A stretch of 64,000 bases of DNA from an uncultured Eubacteriales bacterium (GCA_964467515.1 CAYXQP010000002.1:1275-65274), one strand, 5' to 3'; numbered from the stretch's first letter, positions 49,658 through 59,607 are shown. The notes: generated by a model from the sequence alone, not told the origin. Program-made: numbers and translations.

Positions 49658-50605
49658 GTGCTCGAGGTGGAACGGCCGACACTGAACTGCGCAGAGATGT
49701 CGCCCGACGGCAGCTACGGACGGTTCGTGGTGGAGCCGCTGGAGAGGGGGTACGGTCTCACCCTGGGCAATTCCCTGCGCCGGATCCTCCTCTCGTCCAT
49801 AGCGGGGGCGGCCGTGACCTCCATCAAGATAGACGGGGTGTTGCACGAGTTCTCGGCCCTGCCCGGCGTGGTGGAGGACGTGGTGGAGATCGTCCTCAAC
49901 GTCAAGGGGCTGGCCATCCGCATGGATACCGACGAGGCCAGGCTGCTCCGCGTCGACAGGACGGAGGAGGGGCCCGTGACGGCGGCGGACATCATGCTTC
50001 CCCAGGACGTGGAGATCGTCAACCCCGACCATCTCCTCGCCACCCTGGACCGGGGCGGACGCCTCCGCATGGAGATGACGGTGGAAAAGGGGCGGGGCTA
50101 CGTGCCGGCCGAGCGCAACAAGAAGGCCGGTCAGCCCATCGGCGTCATTCCCGTGGACTCCATCTTCACCCCCGTACGCCGGGTCAACTACACGGTGGAG
50201 AACACGCGGGTGGGCCAGATCACCAATTACGACCGGCTCATCATGGAGGTCTGGACCAACGGTGCCGTCCGCAGCGACGAGGCCCTGCGCGAGGCGGCGC
50301 AGGTGCTCATCGGTCACCTCCAGCTCTTCGCCGGCGCCGACGACGGCCTGGCTTCCCGGTTGGATGGATCCCGCCAGGTGAGCGAGCAGGACAGGCTCCT
50401 GGCGACCAGCATAGAGGCCCTCAACCTCTCCGTCCGCTCCTTCAACTGTCTCAAGAGGGCCGGGATCAACACCATCGGCGACCTCGTGGAGAAGACCCCC
50501 GAGGAGATGATGAAGGTCCGCAACCTGGGACAGAAGTCCCTGGAGGAAGTACAGGAGAGGCTGGCCGCCCTGGGCCTGGGGTTGAGGCCCTCCGAGGAGG
50601 AGTGA
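49658..50605 (+). CDS. rpoA: DNA-directed RNA polymerase subunit alpha
   Basis: GTG start gives MLEVERPTLNCAEMSPDGSYGRFVVEPLERGYG, which matches RpoA N-termini. 315 aa. Confidence 0.93.
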   Translation: MLEVERPTLNCAEMSPDGSYGRFVVEPLERGYGLTLGNSLRRILLSSIAGAAVTSIKIDGVLHEFSALPGVVEDVVEIVLNVKGLAIRMDTDEARLLRVDRTEEGPVTAADIMLPQDVEIVNPDHLLATLDRGGRLRMEMTVEKGRGYVPAERNKKAGQPIGVIPVDSIFTPVRRVNYTVENTRVGQITNYDRLIMEVWTNGAVRSDEALREAAQVLIGHLQLFAGADDGLASRLDGSRQVSEQDRLLATSIEALNLSVRSFNCLKRAGINTIGDLVEKTPEEMMKVRNLGQKSLEEVQERLAALGLGLRPSEEE

Positions 50606-50967
50606 TGGCCGCCATGGCCTTTGCACCCGTAGGCGAGGGGAAGCTGGGCCGCGACAGCTCCCACCGGCGCGCCCTGTTGCGCCACCTAGTGACCGCCCTC
50701 TTCGCCCAAGAGCGCATCGAGACCACCCTGGCCAAGGGACGCCAGGTGCGGGCGGTGGCCGAGCGGCTCATAACGGTTGCCAAAAGGGGCGATCTCCACG
50801 CCCGGCGCCTGGTCGCCGGCTACGTGCTGGACCCGGCCGTAGCCAAGAAGCTCTGTGAGCAGATCGCCCCGCGGTACGCCGAGCGGCCCGGCGGTTACAC
50901 CCGCCTGGTCAAGCTCGGCGTGCGGCGCGGGGACGCGGCGCCTCTGGCCGTAGTCGAGCTGGTCTGA
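50602..50967 (+). CDS. rplQ: 50S ribosomal protein L17
   Basis: KLGRDSSHRRALLRHLVTALFAQERIETT... Confidence 0.93.
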   Translation: MMAAMAFAPVGEGKLGRDSSHRRALLRHLVTALFAQERIETTLAKGRQVRAVAERLITVAKRGDLHARRLVAGYVLDPAVAKKLCEQIAPRYAERPGGYTRLVKLGVRRGDAAPLAVVELV

Positions 50968-51015
50968 CCGGCGCGTCCCGCCGTCGTGGGCGCGGTCCCG
51001 GAGGACGGCACGGCC

Positions 51016-51855
51016 ATGGATCCCCCCTGCGGGCGGCGGCTCGCCCTGCGGGTGGCCTACGACGGCACCCGTTACCTCGGGTTTCAGCGACAGGCCCGCG
51101 GCCCCACCGTGCAGGAAGCCCTGGAGGAGGCCCTTTCCCGTCTCGCGGGTGCGCGCGTCGTCGTCCATGGTGCGGGGCGGACGGACGCCGGCGTCCACGC
51201 CTGGGGGCAGGTGGTCCACTGCGAGGCGGCCCTGTCCATCCCTCTGGAGCGTCTTCCCCTGGCCATCAACGCCCGGCTCCCCGGCGACGTGGTCGTGACG
51301 GGCGCCGCCGCGGTCCCCGGCGGATTCCACGCCCGCTACGAGGCTCGGGGCAAGACGTACCGTTATCTCATCTGGCGAAAGGGGACGCCGTCACCCTTCC
51401 TCGCCCGTTACGCCTGGCATTGCCGCTGGGAACTGGACATCGCTCCGATGCGCCGCGCCGCCGCCCGCCTGGTGGGGACCCATGACTTCCGCGCCTTCAG
51501 CGCGGCCGGCACCCCCGTGCGGAGCACCGTCCGCACCCTGAGGCGTCTCGAGTTGACGGCGGCCGCCGACGGCTCCCTGCTCCTCGTGGAGCTGGAGGCG
51601 GATGGGTTTCTGTACCGGATGGCGCGGCGCATCGTGGGAACCCTGGTCCAGGCGGGGCGGGGGCGACTCGCACCGGAGGACGTGGCCGCCATCCTGGACG
51701 GGAGCGGGCTCCGGGCCGGCCCGCCAGCCCCGGCGCGCGGCCTCTGCCTGGCCGGCGTACTCTACGAGCCGCCCCTCGCCTTCCGGCCGGACGCTGATGC
51801 CGGCCTGCCGGTGCCCTTCGCGCCGCCGGTGGTGTCCCCGGGGTCGCGGGGCTGA
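51016..51855 (+). CDS. truA: tRNA pseudouridine(38-40) synthase TruA
   Basis: RLALRVAYDGTRYLGFQRQ...GAGRTDAGVHAWGQVVH. The upstream GTG at 50986 is an alternative start. Confidence 0.85.
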   Translation: MDPPCGRRLALRVAYDGTRYLGFQRQARGPTVQEALEEALSRLAGARVVVHGAGRTDAGVHAWGQVVHCEAALSIPLERLPLAINARLPGDVVVTGAAAVPGGFHARYEARGKTYRYLIWRKGTPSPFLARYAWHCRWELDIAPMRRAAARLVGTHDFRAFSAAGTPVRSTVRTLRRLELTAAADGSLLLVELEADGFLYRMARRIVGTLVQAGRGRLAPEDVAAILDGSGLRAGPPAPARGLCLAGVLYEPPLAFRPDADAGLPVPFAPPVVSPGSRG

Positions 51856-51934
51856 GGCGGCCGCCCGGACCCGTAGCGGGGCGGCGGCCACGTGGTCGCG
51901 GAGGCCGCGCCGCCCGGTGCGGTGAACGGGCCCT

Positions 51935-52903
51935 TCAGAGGGAAGCCAGTTGGTGGTAGGGGAGGTAGCCGACGCCCGTCACCGTGTCGGCGGCGCCGTA
52001 ATAGATTAGGAGGTCGCCGTCGGCCCAGATCATGCCGCAGGCAAAGACCACGTCCGGCTTGAGCCCCCGCCGCTCCCACGGCAACTCCGGCTGCAGCAGG
52101 GGCTCCCCCTGCCGCGCCAACACCTCCCAGGGCCGATCCGGGTGGAGGAGGGCCAGGCCCAGGCGGTACACGTTGGCCTCGTCGGCGCCGTGGTAGACCA
52201 TGAGCCAGCGCCCGTCGGGGAGCCGGAGGGGGGGCGGGCCGATGCCCACCCGGGCGCTGTCCCAGCTTCCGGGGAGGGGTCGCAGGACGACACGGTACTC
52301 CTCCCAGAGGCCGACGGCTGGTCCCGAGGCCACCCAGATCTCACCCGTGGGGGGGCGGAAGTAGAGCCATGCCTTGCCATCGATCCGCTCGGGCAGCAGG
52401 GCGGCGTTCTTGCAACCGGGCAGGCCGAGGGGGTCCGTGCCGGCGCGGGGCCAGGCATAGGGCACGCTGCTGGCCCGCAGAGCCACTCCCCAGTCGCCGG
52501 GAAACCGGGCGCCGAAGGCCGTGGTGAGTAGGTACCAGGTATCGTCCAGCAGGGTCACGCGGGGGTCCTCCACACCGCGCGTCTCCCGACAGGGAGTGAA
52601 GGGGTCGCAGGGCGGCTTCACCACGGGGTGAGGGTGCACGTCGAAGTGTAGGCCGTCCCGGGAGGTGGCCAGGCCGATGCAGGAGATCCAGCCGTCCGGC
52701 AGGGCCCGGCTCGTGGCGCGAAAGAGGAGGTATACCTCGGCGCCGTACAGGCAGGCGGTGGGATTGAAGGTGGCGGCGGCGCGCCAGGGCACCTCCGGGT
52801 CCGGCTCCAGGATGGGGGTTTCGGATAGGCGGCGCACGTACAGAGGGCGCCCCCGCCAAGGGGCGGCCGTCTTTCCGTTCGGCCGGAGGACGGGCGCATT
52901 CAT
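51935..52903 (-). CDS. GH130-family (DUF377, beta-propeller) glycoside hydrolase/phosphorylase-like protein
   Basis: FNPTA..., EDPRVTL..., IYYGAADTVTGVGY motifs. ATG start with a GGAG Shine-Dalgarno. Confidence 0.65.
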   Translation of the reverse strand: MNAPVLRPNGKTAAPWRGRPLYVRRLSETPILEPDPEVPWRAAATFNPTACLYGAEVYLLFRATSRALPDGWISCIGLATSRDGLHFDVHPHPVVKPPCDPFTPCRETRGVEDPRVTLLDDTWYLLTTAFGARFPGDWGVALRASSVPYAWPRAGTDPLGLPGCKNAALLPERIDGKAWLYFRPPTGEIWVASGPAVGLWEEYRVVLRPLPGSWDSARVGIGPPPLRLPDGRWLMVYHGADEANVYRLGLALLHPDRPWEVLARQGEPLLQPELPWERRGLKPDVVFACGMIWADGDLLIYYGAADTVTGVGYLPYHQLASL

Positions 52904-53042
52904 GGTCGTGCTCCGCTCGCGTGCCTCGTTCCGGATGCGGCGCATGGCTGTATCTTTATCGCCCCAAGATACGAACGTTTTGAACGGCCGGTGCCTTGGT
53001 TGCGCGGTCGGGGGCGCGTCGCTATACTTTTTGTGCCGTGTC

Positions 53043-53117
53043 GCGCCCGTAGCTCAGAGGATAGAGCACCGGCCTCCGGAGCCGGGTGCGGGGGTTCGAT
53101 TCCCTCCGGGCGCACCA
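53043..53117 (+). tRNA. tRNA-Arg (anticodon CCG)
   Basis: Acceptor GCGCCCG/CGGGCGC, anticodon loop CTCCGGA, T-loop TTCGATT, CCA encoded. Confidence 0.85.
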
Positions 53118-53246
53118 CCCTTTGCTGCCTACTCTTCGGCGGTCGACAGCGCGCTGTGAGGTGCGCCGGGCCTTCGCCGGGATTCCCCGGCGGAGGAGGC
53201 GAGGACCGCCGTCCTCCGCGGCCTCGCTGACCGCTGTTTCAGGTCT

Positions 53247-54209
53247 TCAGGGGCGGAACAAAAGAGAGAGGATTCCCTTGAAGACGTGCAGGCGGTTTTC
53301 GGCCTGCTCCCACACCAGGGAACGGGGACCGTCCAGGACGTCGGCTGTCACCTCCTCGCCGCGATGGGCGGGGAGGCAGTGGAGGAAGACGGCCTCGGGG
53401 CGGGCCCGTGCCATGAGGGCCGCGTCCACCCGGTAGGGGGCGAAGATCCGCAGCCGTTCCTCCCTCTCCTCCTCGCGGCCCATGCTGGCCCACACGTCGG
53501 TGTACACGGCGTGGGCGCCCGCCACCGCCGCGACCGGGTCGTGTCCCACCTCCACCCGGCCGCCCGACCCGGCCGCCACCGCCGCGGCCAGCCGGACCTC
53601 CTCGGGCTCGGGCTCATAGCCGGGAGGGCTGGCCACGGCCAGGTCCATGCCCACCAGGGCCGCGGCCATCAGAAGGGAGTGGCAGACGTTGTTCCCGTCG
53701 CCCACGTAGGCGAGGCGCAGGCCCCGCCACCGGCCGAAGCGTTCGCGGAGAGTCAGGAGATCGGCCAGGGCCTGGGTGGGGTGGGTGCGGTCCGTCAGGC
53801 CGTTGATGACGGGGACGGAGGCATGGCGGGCCAACTCCTCCACCTCCTCCTGGGCGAAGGTGCGCATCAGGATCCCGTCCAGGTAGCGGGAGAGGACGCG
53901 GGCCGTGTCGGCTACCGTCTCGCCACGGGAGAGCTGGAGCTCCTCCGGGTCGAGGATCACGGCCTGGCCGCCCAACTGTGCCACGGCCGCCTGGAAGGAG
54001 AGACGCGTCCGCGTGGACGGCTTGCGGAAGAGCATGCCCAGCACGCGCCCGCGCAGGGGTTCCTCTGCGCCGCGGGGCAGGCTCCTCCAGCGGGCTGCCT
54101 CGGCGAGGATGGCCAGCGTCTCCGCCGGCGAGAGGTCGGAGAGCCGCAACAGGTCCCTTCCCCGCAGGTCGACCTCCCCGGCCGCGTCGGCGCCCAGGAG
54201 CCGGCTCAC
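53247..54209 (-). CDS. argF: Ornithine carbamoyltransferase
   Basis: STRTR, HPTQ, DVWASMG and HCLP motifs. GTG start 5 nt after a GGGAGGGGGG Shine-Dalgarno. Confidence 0.88.
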   Translation of the reverse strand: MSRLLGADAAGEVDLRGRDLLRLSDLSPAETLAILAEAARWRSLPRGAEEPLRGRVLGMLFRKPSTRTRLSFQAAVAQLGGQAVILDPEELQLSRGETVADTARVLSRYLDGILMRTFAQEEVEELARHASVPVINGLTDRTHPTQALADLLTLRERFGRWRGLRLAYVGDGNNVCHSLLMAAALVGMDLAVASPPGYEPEPEEVRLAAAVAAGSGGRVEVGHDPVAAVAGAHAVYTDVWASMGREEEREERLRIFAPYRVDAALMARARPEAVFLHCLPAHRGEEVTADVLDGPRSLVWEQAENRLHVFKGILSLLFRP

Positions 54210-54237
54210 GGTGTCCCCCCTCCCGGCCGCGACGCGC

Positions 54238-55305
54238 TCACCCCACCCCGCCCCCCTCACCGGGTACGGTCGCCCCTGGGAGCGGGCGGGAGGGCCTCGC
54301 CTCCTCCATGCCCACGCCGTGCACGGCGGCGCCGCACCCGGGGCAGCGTCCGTCCACGAGCCTGACCTCCTCCACATAGAAACCCCGCCGAACGATGAGG
54401 GGTTCCCCGCACACGGCGCAGGCGGTGTCGTCGTCCCCCGGTCGCCAGGTGTTGCCCACGTAGACATGGTGCAACCGCCGGCGCGCCAGGTCGCGGAAGC
54501 GCTCCAGGGTGGCCAAGGGCGTGGGTGGATTCGTCAGCCGGTAGGCGGGGTGGTAACGGGAGAGGTGCAGGGGGATCTCCTGCCCCAATCCCGCTAGCCA
54601 TGCCACCAGGCCGGTGAACTGCTCCTCGTCGTCGTTCTCTCCCGTGACCACCAGGTGCGTCACCTCCAGGTGGCGACCGGCCCGGTGGATGGCCTCCACC
54701 GTGTCCAGGACCGGCCGGAGCAGGCCGCGGCAGACGCGGGTGTAGAAGCCCTCGGCAAAGGCCTTGACGTCCACGTTGAAGGCGTCCACCACGCCCAGGA
54801 GGTCACCGAGCGGCGCCGGCGAGAGGAAGCCGTTGGTAACCATGACCACCTTGAACCCTTCGTGGCGCAGGAGAGGCGCCGCGTCCATGATGTACTCGAA
54901 CCAGAGGCCAGGCTCGTTGTAGGTGAAGGCCACTCCCACGCAGCCCGGGTCCCTGGCGCGGGCGGCCGCCGCGGCGGCGACGAGACGGGCGGGCGGGAGG
55001 AGGTCGGTGGGCGCCTCCTCCTGGGAGATGGCCCAATTCTGGCAGAAGGCGCAGGCCAGATTGCACCCGAGGCTTCCGAAGGACAGGACGCGGTGGCCGG
55101 GATAGAAGTGGAACAGAGGTTTCTTCTCCACCGGGTCCAGGTGGGCGGCCGCGACCCGGGCGTAATTGACGGCATAGAGCGTTCCCTCGATGTTCCGGCG
55201 CGTCCGGCAGTAGCCCGCCTTGCCGGGGGCGATCCGACAGTTCTTGGGGCAGAGCCGACACACCGCCAGGCCGTTCTTGCGCTCATAATATAAGGCCTCG
55301 TGCAT
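54238..55305 (-). CDS. AmmeMemoRadiSam-system radical SAM enzyme (PFL-activase-like)
   Basis: CNLACAFCQN (CxxxCxxC). N-terminus ALYYERKNGLAVCRLCPKNCRI. C-terminal Cys cluster. Immediately upstream of argF on the same strand. Confidence 0.8.
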   Translation of the reverse strand: MHEALYYERKNGLAVCRLCPKNCRIAPGKAGYCRTRRNIEGTLYAVNYARVAAAHLDPVEKKPLFHFYPGHRVLSFGSLGCNLACAFCQNWAISQEEAPTDLLPPARLVAAAAAARARDPGCVGVAFTYNEPGLWFEYIMDAAPLLRHEGFKVVMVTNGFLSPAPLGDLLGVVDAFNVDVKAFAEGFYTRVCRGLLRPVLDTVEAIHRAGRHLEVTHLVVTGENDDEEQFTGLVAWLAGLGQEIPLHLSRYHPAYRLTNPPTPLATLERFRDLARRRLHHVYVGNTWRPGDDDTACAVCGEPLIVRRGFYVEEVRLVDGRCPGCGAAVHGVGMEEARPSRPLPGATVPGEGGGVG

Positions 55306-55394
55306 AATTATGCAAACGCCTCCCCTGCAGACCACCGGCGCGGCGGCCCACCCGCTGACGGAGGGCCCGTCGACGCCGGGCCGGTCTGCCCGCC

Positions 55395-56780
55395 CTAGGT
55401 GAACCGCCTGGTTCGAAACCTGTAGATGGATATCCCCTCCTCGACAGGCGCGATCCCTGCCTTGCGGCAGGCCAGGAGGTACTGTTGGAGCGGCCTGTCC
55501 ACCCCCTCGAGGGCCGGCAGGAGGAGGCCCCGACGCCTTCCCTTAGCCACGATGACGCCGTATGTCGCTGGGTCCAGGTCCTCCCAGGAGGCTACGGGCT
55601 CGGCCGGTTCCAGGATGTCCACGCTCACGCTCAGGTCGGGCAACTCCTCCGGCACGAGCGGCGGAAACCGCGGGTCGGCGGTGGCGGCCGCCACGGCGTT
55701 GGCCACGATCTCCTCCAGGAGGGTGGGGCGCACCGGCGCTACGGTGCCCATGCAGCCTCGCAGCCTGCCGTCGGCCTTCAGGGAAACGAACACCCCGCGA
55801 GCCTGGGCCAGGAGCTCCGGATCCTCCTCGGTCAGTTCCGGGGCCTCGGCGGCGATGCGCTCGGCCAGACGGTGGGGGTCGGCCTCGCCGTCCTCCAGGA
55901 GAAGGGCCAGGGCCCGGCGGGCGACGGCCACGGGAGCGGAGGCACCCTCCCCGGCCGCGGGGCGCCACAGGGCCACGGCGTAACCGACCCCGAAGGGCCC
56001 CTCGTAGGAGAGCAGCCGCACCTCGGCGCGGTGCCCCGCCAGGGCGCCGAGGAGGATGCCGAGGCTGGGGAGGGCGTCCTGGCCGGCGCGGGCGGCCAGC
56101 TCGGCGGGAAAGTCGAGGAGGTCCTCGGACGCTCCCGACCGGAGGAGTTGTACCAACCGCCGGTCGAAGAGGGGCCCCTCGGGCGCGTAGCCGGCGGGGG
56201 CCTGGGGGGTGAGTCGGTGGGAGAGGTCTCCGCTGGCCAGGAGGGCCACGGCCCGCCGCAGACGCTCGGCGGCTCGTCGCAGCGCGGCGCCGTAAGGCGC
56301 GGCCTGGCGGGGCGGGCCCCACGGAGGCGTCAGGATGACGCAGGGGCGGAGGGCTCCGCCCCGGCTGAGGAAATACAGGGGTACCAGGGCTCCGTGGTCC
56401 AAGCGGTGGGGACGGACCACCCGGACAGCGAGCCCGGCCGCGACGGCTTCGTAGGCCACCGCCTCCGCTAGGTCCCGGTCCAGCTCCACCGTGATCTCGA
56501 CCTCGGGGGCACCGAACTCGCCGAATCCCCCGGCCAGTCTTTCTCCTGCGTACAGGCAGACGGCCTCCTCGCTCACGGGGCCGTGGGGGGTGACCAGCAC
56601 CAGGGTGTCGGCGGGAGTGGAGGAGACTTGCCGGGCCAGATCCCCCAGGGCGCGGGCCGTCCGCCGCACCTGTCCCGCCGCCTCCCCGCCCACCTCGGGG
56701 ACGAGGACGGGGGGATGGGGTACCAGGGCTCCCAGGACTATCCCCGCCACGGGCCTACCCCTCGCCGGGATGATGTGCAT
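55395..56780 (-). CDS. Fusion protein: N-terminal LigB/Memo-like (class III extradiol-dioxygenase fold) domain and C-terminal AMMECR1 domain
   Basis: N-terminal VPHPP...TPHGP...LDHGALVPL...SGDLSHRL (LigB/Memo-type). C-terminal GVFVSLKADGRLRGCMGT...YGVIVAKGRRRGLLLP (AMMECR1). Confidence 0.75.
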   Translation of the reverse strand: MHIIPARGRPVAGIVLGALVPHPPVLVPEVGGEAAGQVRRTARALGDLARQVSSTPADTLVLVTPHGPVSEEAVCLYAGERLAGGFGEFGAPEVEITVELDRDLAEAVAYEAVAAGLAVRVVRPHRLDHGALVPLYFLSRGGALRPCVILTPPWGPPRQAAPYGAALRRAAERLRRAVALLASGDLSHRLTPQAPAGYAPEGPLFDRRLVQLLRSGASEDLLDFPAELAARAGQDALPSLGILLGALAGHRAEVRLLSYEGPFGVGYAVALWRPAAGEGASAPVAVARRALALLLEDGEADPHRLAERIAAEAPELTEEDPELLAQARGVFVSLKADGRLRGCMGTVAPVRPTLLEEIVANAVAAATADPRFPPLVPEELPDLSVSVDILEPAEPVASWEDLDPATYGVIVAKGRRRGLLLPALEGVDRPLQQYLLACRKAGIAPVEEGISIYRFRTRRFT

Positions 56781-56831
56781 CCAGCCGCGCCACCGTTATT
56801 ATAACGCCAGGCGCCGGCGGCCCGGCCGGGC

Positions 56832-58199
56832 GTGGGGGTGGAGGGCTTGTTCGATAAGGTGCTGGTGGCCAATCGGGGCGAGATAGCGGTCCGGATCATC
56901 CGGGCGTGCCGGGAACTGGGCATCCGCACGGTGGCCGTGTACTCGGAGGCCGACGCGGGCGCCCTCCACGTGGCCTTGGCGGACGAGGCGTACTGCGTGG
57001 GCCCGGCCCCGGACGTCCGCAGCTACCTCAACGTGGGTGCCATCCTGGAGGTGGCCGCCCGCACCGGCGCTGAGGCCGTGCACCCCGGCTACGGCTTCCT
57101 GGCCGAAAACCCCCACTTCGCCGCCGTCTGCCGCGCCTGGGGGCTGGACTTCATCGGCCCCGATCCGGAGGTCATCGAGCGCATGGGGTCCAAGGCCCTG
57201 GCGCGGCAGGCCATGCTGCAGGCGGGGGTGCCGGTGGTGCCGGGGAGCCCGGGCGTCGTGGAGAGTCCAGATGAGGCCCTGGAGATAGCAGCGGACATCG
57301 GGTACCCGGTGTTAATCAAGGCCGCAGCGGGGGGCGGCGGGCGGGGTATCCGGGTGGCGGGGACGCCGGGAGAGCTGGAGGAGATGCTGGAGGCCGCCCA
57401 GCGGGAGGCAGCCCGCTTCTTCGGCCAGGGGGACGTCTATCTCGAGAGGTTCCTGGAGGATCCCAGGCATGTGGAGGTCCAGATTCTGGCGGATCGGCAC
57501 GCACACGTGGTTCACCTGGGGGAGCGGGAGTGCTCGGTGCAGCGGCGCCGGCAAAAGATCCTGGAGGAGGCGCCGTCCCCGGCCCTCTCCCCCGCGCAGC
57601 GCAGGGCTCTCTGCGAGGCCGCCGTTCGGGCCGCCACGGCCGTGGGGTACAACAACGCCGGCACCGTCGAGTTCCTGGTGGACCGGAGCGGATCCTTCTA
57701 CTTTTGCGAGATGAACACGCGCATCCAGGTGGAGCACCCCGTGACGGAGATGGTGACGGGCGTGGACATCGTCAAGGAGCAGATCCGGGTGGCGGCCGGG
57801 CTGCCGCTGCGTTTCCGCCAGGAAGACGTCCAACCCCGCGGCTGGGCCATGGAGTGCCGCATAACGGCCGAGGACCCGGACAACCGCTTGCTCCCCTCGC
57901 CCGGGACCGTCACGGAGCTGGCGCTGCCCGGCGGACCCGGTGTCCGGGTGGACAGCGGGGTGGGGGTCGGCTCCCAGGTGCCGCCCTACTACGACTCCCT
58001 CATCGCCAAGGTCATCTGCTGGGGGGAGGACCGGGAGGAGGCGCGGGCCCGCATGGGCCGCGCCCTGCGCGAGCTGCGCGTGGGCGGGATCAGGACCATC
58101 GTCCCCCTCCTGGAGGAGATCCTGCGCCATCCGGATTTCACGGCGGGGCAGTACCACACGCGTTTCCTCGAGGAAGCCCTCTTGGCCGCCAGGCGCTGA
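56832..58199 (+). CDS. accC: Biotin carboxylase (AccC-like: acetyl-CoA carboxylase or pyruvate carboxylase subunit A)
   Basis: VLVANRGEIAVRIIRACRELGI and the ATP-grasp domain. No accB is adjacent. The true start may be a TTG or GTG slightly downstream. Confidence 0.88.
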   Translation: MGVEGLFDKVLVANRGEIAVRIIRACRELGIRTVAVYSEADAGALHVALADEAYCVGPAPDVRSYLNVGAILEVAARTGAEAVHPGYGFLAENPHFAAVCRAWGLDFIGPDPEVIERMGSKALARQAMLQAGVPVVPGSPGVVESPDEALEIAADIGYPVLIKAAAGGGGRGIRVAGTPGELEEMLEAAQREAARFFGQGDVYLERFLEDPRHVEVQILADRHAHVVHLGERECSVQRRRQKILEEAPSPALSPAQRRALCEAAVRAATAVGYNNAGTVEFLVDRSGSFYFCEMNTRIQVEHPVTEMVTGVDIVKEQIRVAAGLPLRFRQEDVQPRGWAMECRITAEDPDNRLLPSPGTVTELALPGGPGVRVDSGVGVGSQVPPYYDSLIAKVICWGEDREEARARMGRALRELRVGGIRTIVPLLEEILRHPDFTAGQYHTRFLEEALLAARR

Positions 58200-58246
58200 G
58201 CGGGGAACGACGGCAAGGCGGTGACGCGAAAGGGCGACGAGCCCCC

Positions 58247-58642
58247 TCAGCGCTTGCTGTACTGGGGGGCCTTGCGGGCCTTTTTGAGGCCGTACTTGCG
58301 CCGCTCCTTCTCCCGCGGGTCGCGCGTCAGGAGCCCGGCCCGCCGGAGAGTGCGCCGCAGGCTCTCGTCCAGGGTCAGGAGGGCCCGCGCCACGCCGTGG
58401 CGGACGGCGCCCGCCTGGCCGGAGAGCCCGCCCCCCTGCACGTTGACCAGGACGTCGTACTTGTCCTCGGTGGCGGTCAGGGCCAGGGGCTGCCGCACCT
58501 CAATCTGGTGCCGGCGGCGCGGAAAGTACTCGTCCAGGGGCTTGCCGTTGACGATCACGTTGCCGTTGCCCGGGACCAGCCGCACCCTGGCCACGGCCTC
58601 TTTGCGCCTGCCGGTACCCCAGTACTGGACCCTATAACCCAT
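58247..58642 (-). CDS. rpsI: 30S ribosomal protein S9
   Basis: ...[29 protein letters not shown]. Confidence 0.95.
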   Translation of the reverse strand: MGYRVQYWGTGRRKEAVARVRLVPGNGNVIVNGKPLDEYFPRRRHQIEVRQPLALTATEDKYDVLVNVQGGGLSGQAGAVRHGVARALLTLDESLRRTLRRAGLLTRDPREKERRKYGLKKARKAPQYSKR

Positions 58643-58723
58643 GCCCGGTCTCTCCTCACTTCAAGGGAATCCGTCCGCCGGATCGTCCGGTCCGTCCCCG
58701 CCGCCCCGCCCGCGCCCCCGCGG

Positions 58724-59158
58724 TCAGTCCAGGGGCCACGGCTCCGGCCGCTGCGCCTGGTGCGGATGCTCGGCCCCGCGGTACACGCGCAGCTTGCCCA
58801 TCATGGCCCGCCCCAGGGCCGTCTTGGGGAGCATGCCGCGCACGGCCTTTTCCATCACGCGCTCGGGCCGGGTCCGCAGGAACTCGCGGTAGGACATCGC
58901 CCTCAACCCCCGGGGCCAGCCGGTGTGACGGTAGTAGATCTTTTGGTCCAACTTGCGGCCCGTCAGCACGATCCGGGCGGCGTTGATCACGATGACGTGA
59001 TCGCCCACGTCCAGGAAGGGGGTGTACTCGGGCTTGTGCTTGCCCTGGAGGAGCCTCGACACGACGGTGGCGACGCGCCCCAGCGGTCTGCCCGCCGCGT
59101 CGATGACGTACCACCTGCGCTCGATCTCCCTGGTGTCGGGCACGAAAGTCCTTTGCAC
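58724..59158 (-). CDS. rplM: 50S ribosomal protein L13
   Basis: MQRTFVPDTREIERRWYVIDA... Confidence 0.95.
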   Translation of the reverse strand: MQRTFVPDTREIERRWYVIDAAGRPLGRVATVVSRLLQGKHKPEYTPFLDVGDHVIVINAARIVLTGRKLDQKIYYRHTGWPRGLRAMSYREFLRTRPERVMEKAVRGMLPKTALGRAMMGKLRVYRGAEHPHQAQRPEPWPLD

Positions 59159-59334
59159 CGAAAACCCTCCGCACCTGGCCCGCAGACCCCATCAGCCAAA
59201 GGGTCCGGCACCCGCCTGACGGGGGCCGGCGGACCGGGTCAAGTTTAGCCACGGGTGCACCCTCTGTCAAGGCGAGGGGGGTCCCTCCGCACCGCAGCAC
59301 CGCCGCGGGCCGGAGCGTCCGGGGGTGACCCTCC

Positions 59335-59607
59335 TCACTCCCTCCCGAGGAGGAGGAGCAGGCCGAGGACGACAAAGGAAAGGCCGGCCGCCGTGCGGAG
59401 GGTCTGAACGGGGAGCACCCTCCCGATGACCGACCCGACGGTCACCCCGAGCAAGGCGGCCGCGCAGAGAGCGACCACCGCTCCCAGGAGGACCCACAGC
59501 CTATCGTCGCTCCTGGCCGCCAGGAGGACCGTGGTCAGCTGGGTCTTGTCGCCCAGTTCCGCCAGGAAGACGAGGACGAAGGTCCCCAGGAAGGTGCGCC
59601 AGTCCAT
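59335..59607 (-). CDS. UPF0016/GDT1-family half-size membrane protein (putative Mn2+/Ca2+ transporter half)
   Basis: E-x-G-D-K-T motif (ELGDKTQ) and 3 TM helices. Confidence 0.7.
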   Translation of the reverse strand: MDWRTFLGTFVLVFLAELGDKTQLTTVLLAARSDDRLWVLLGAVVALCAAALLGVTVGSVIGRVLPVQTLRTAAGLSFVVLGLLLLLGRE

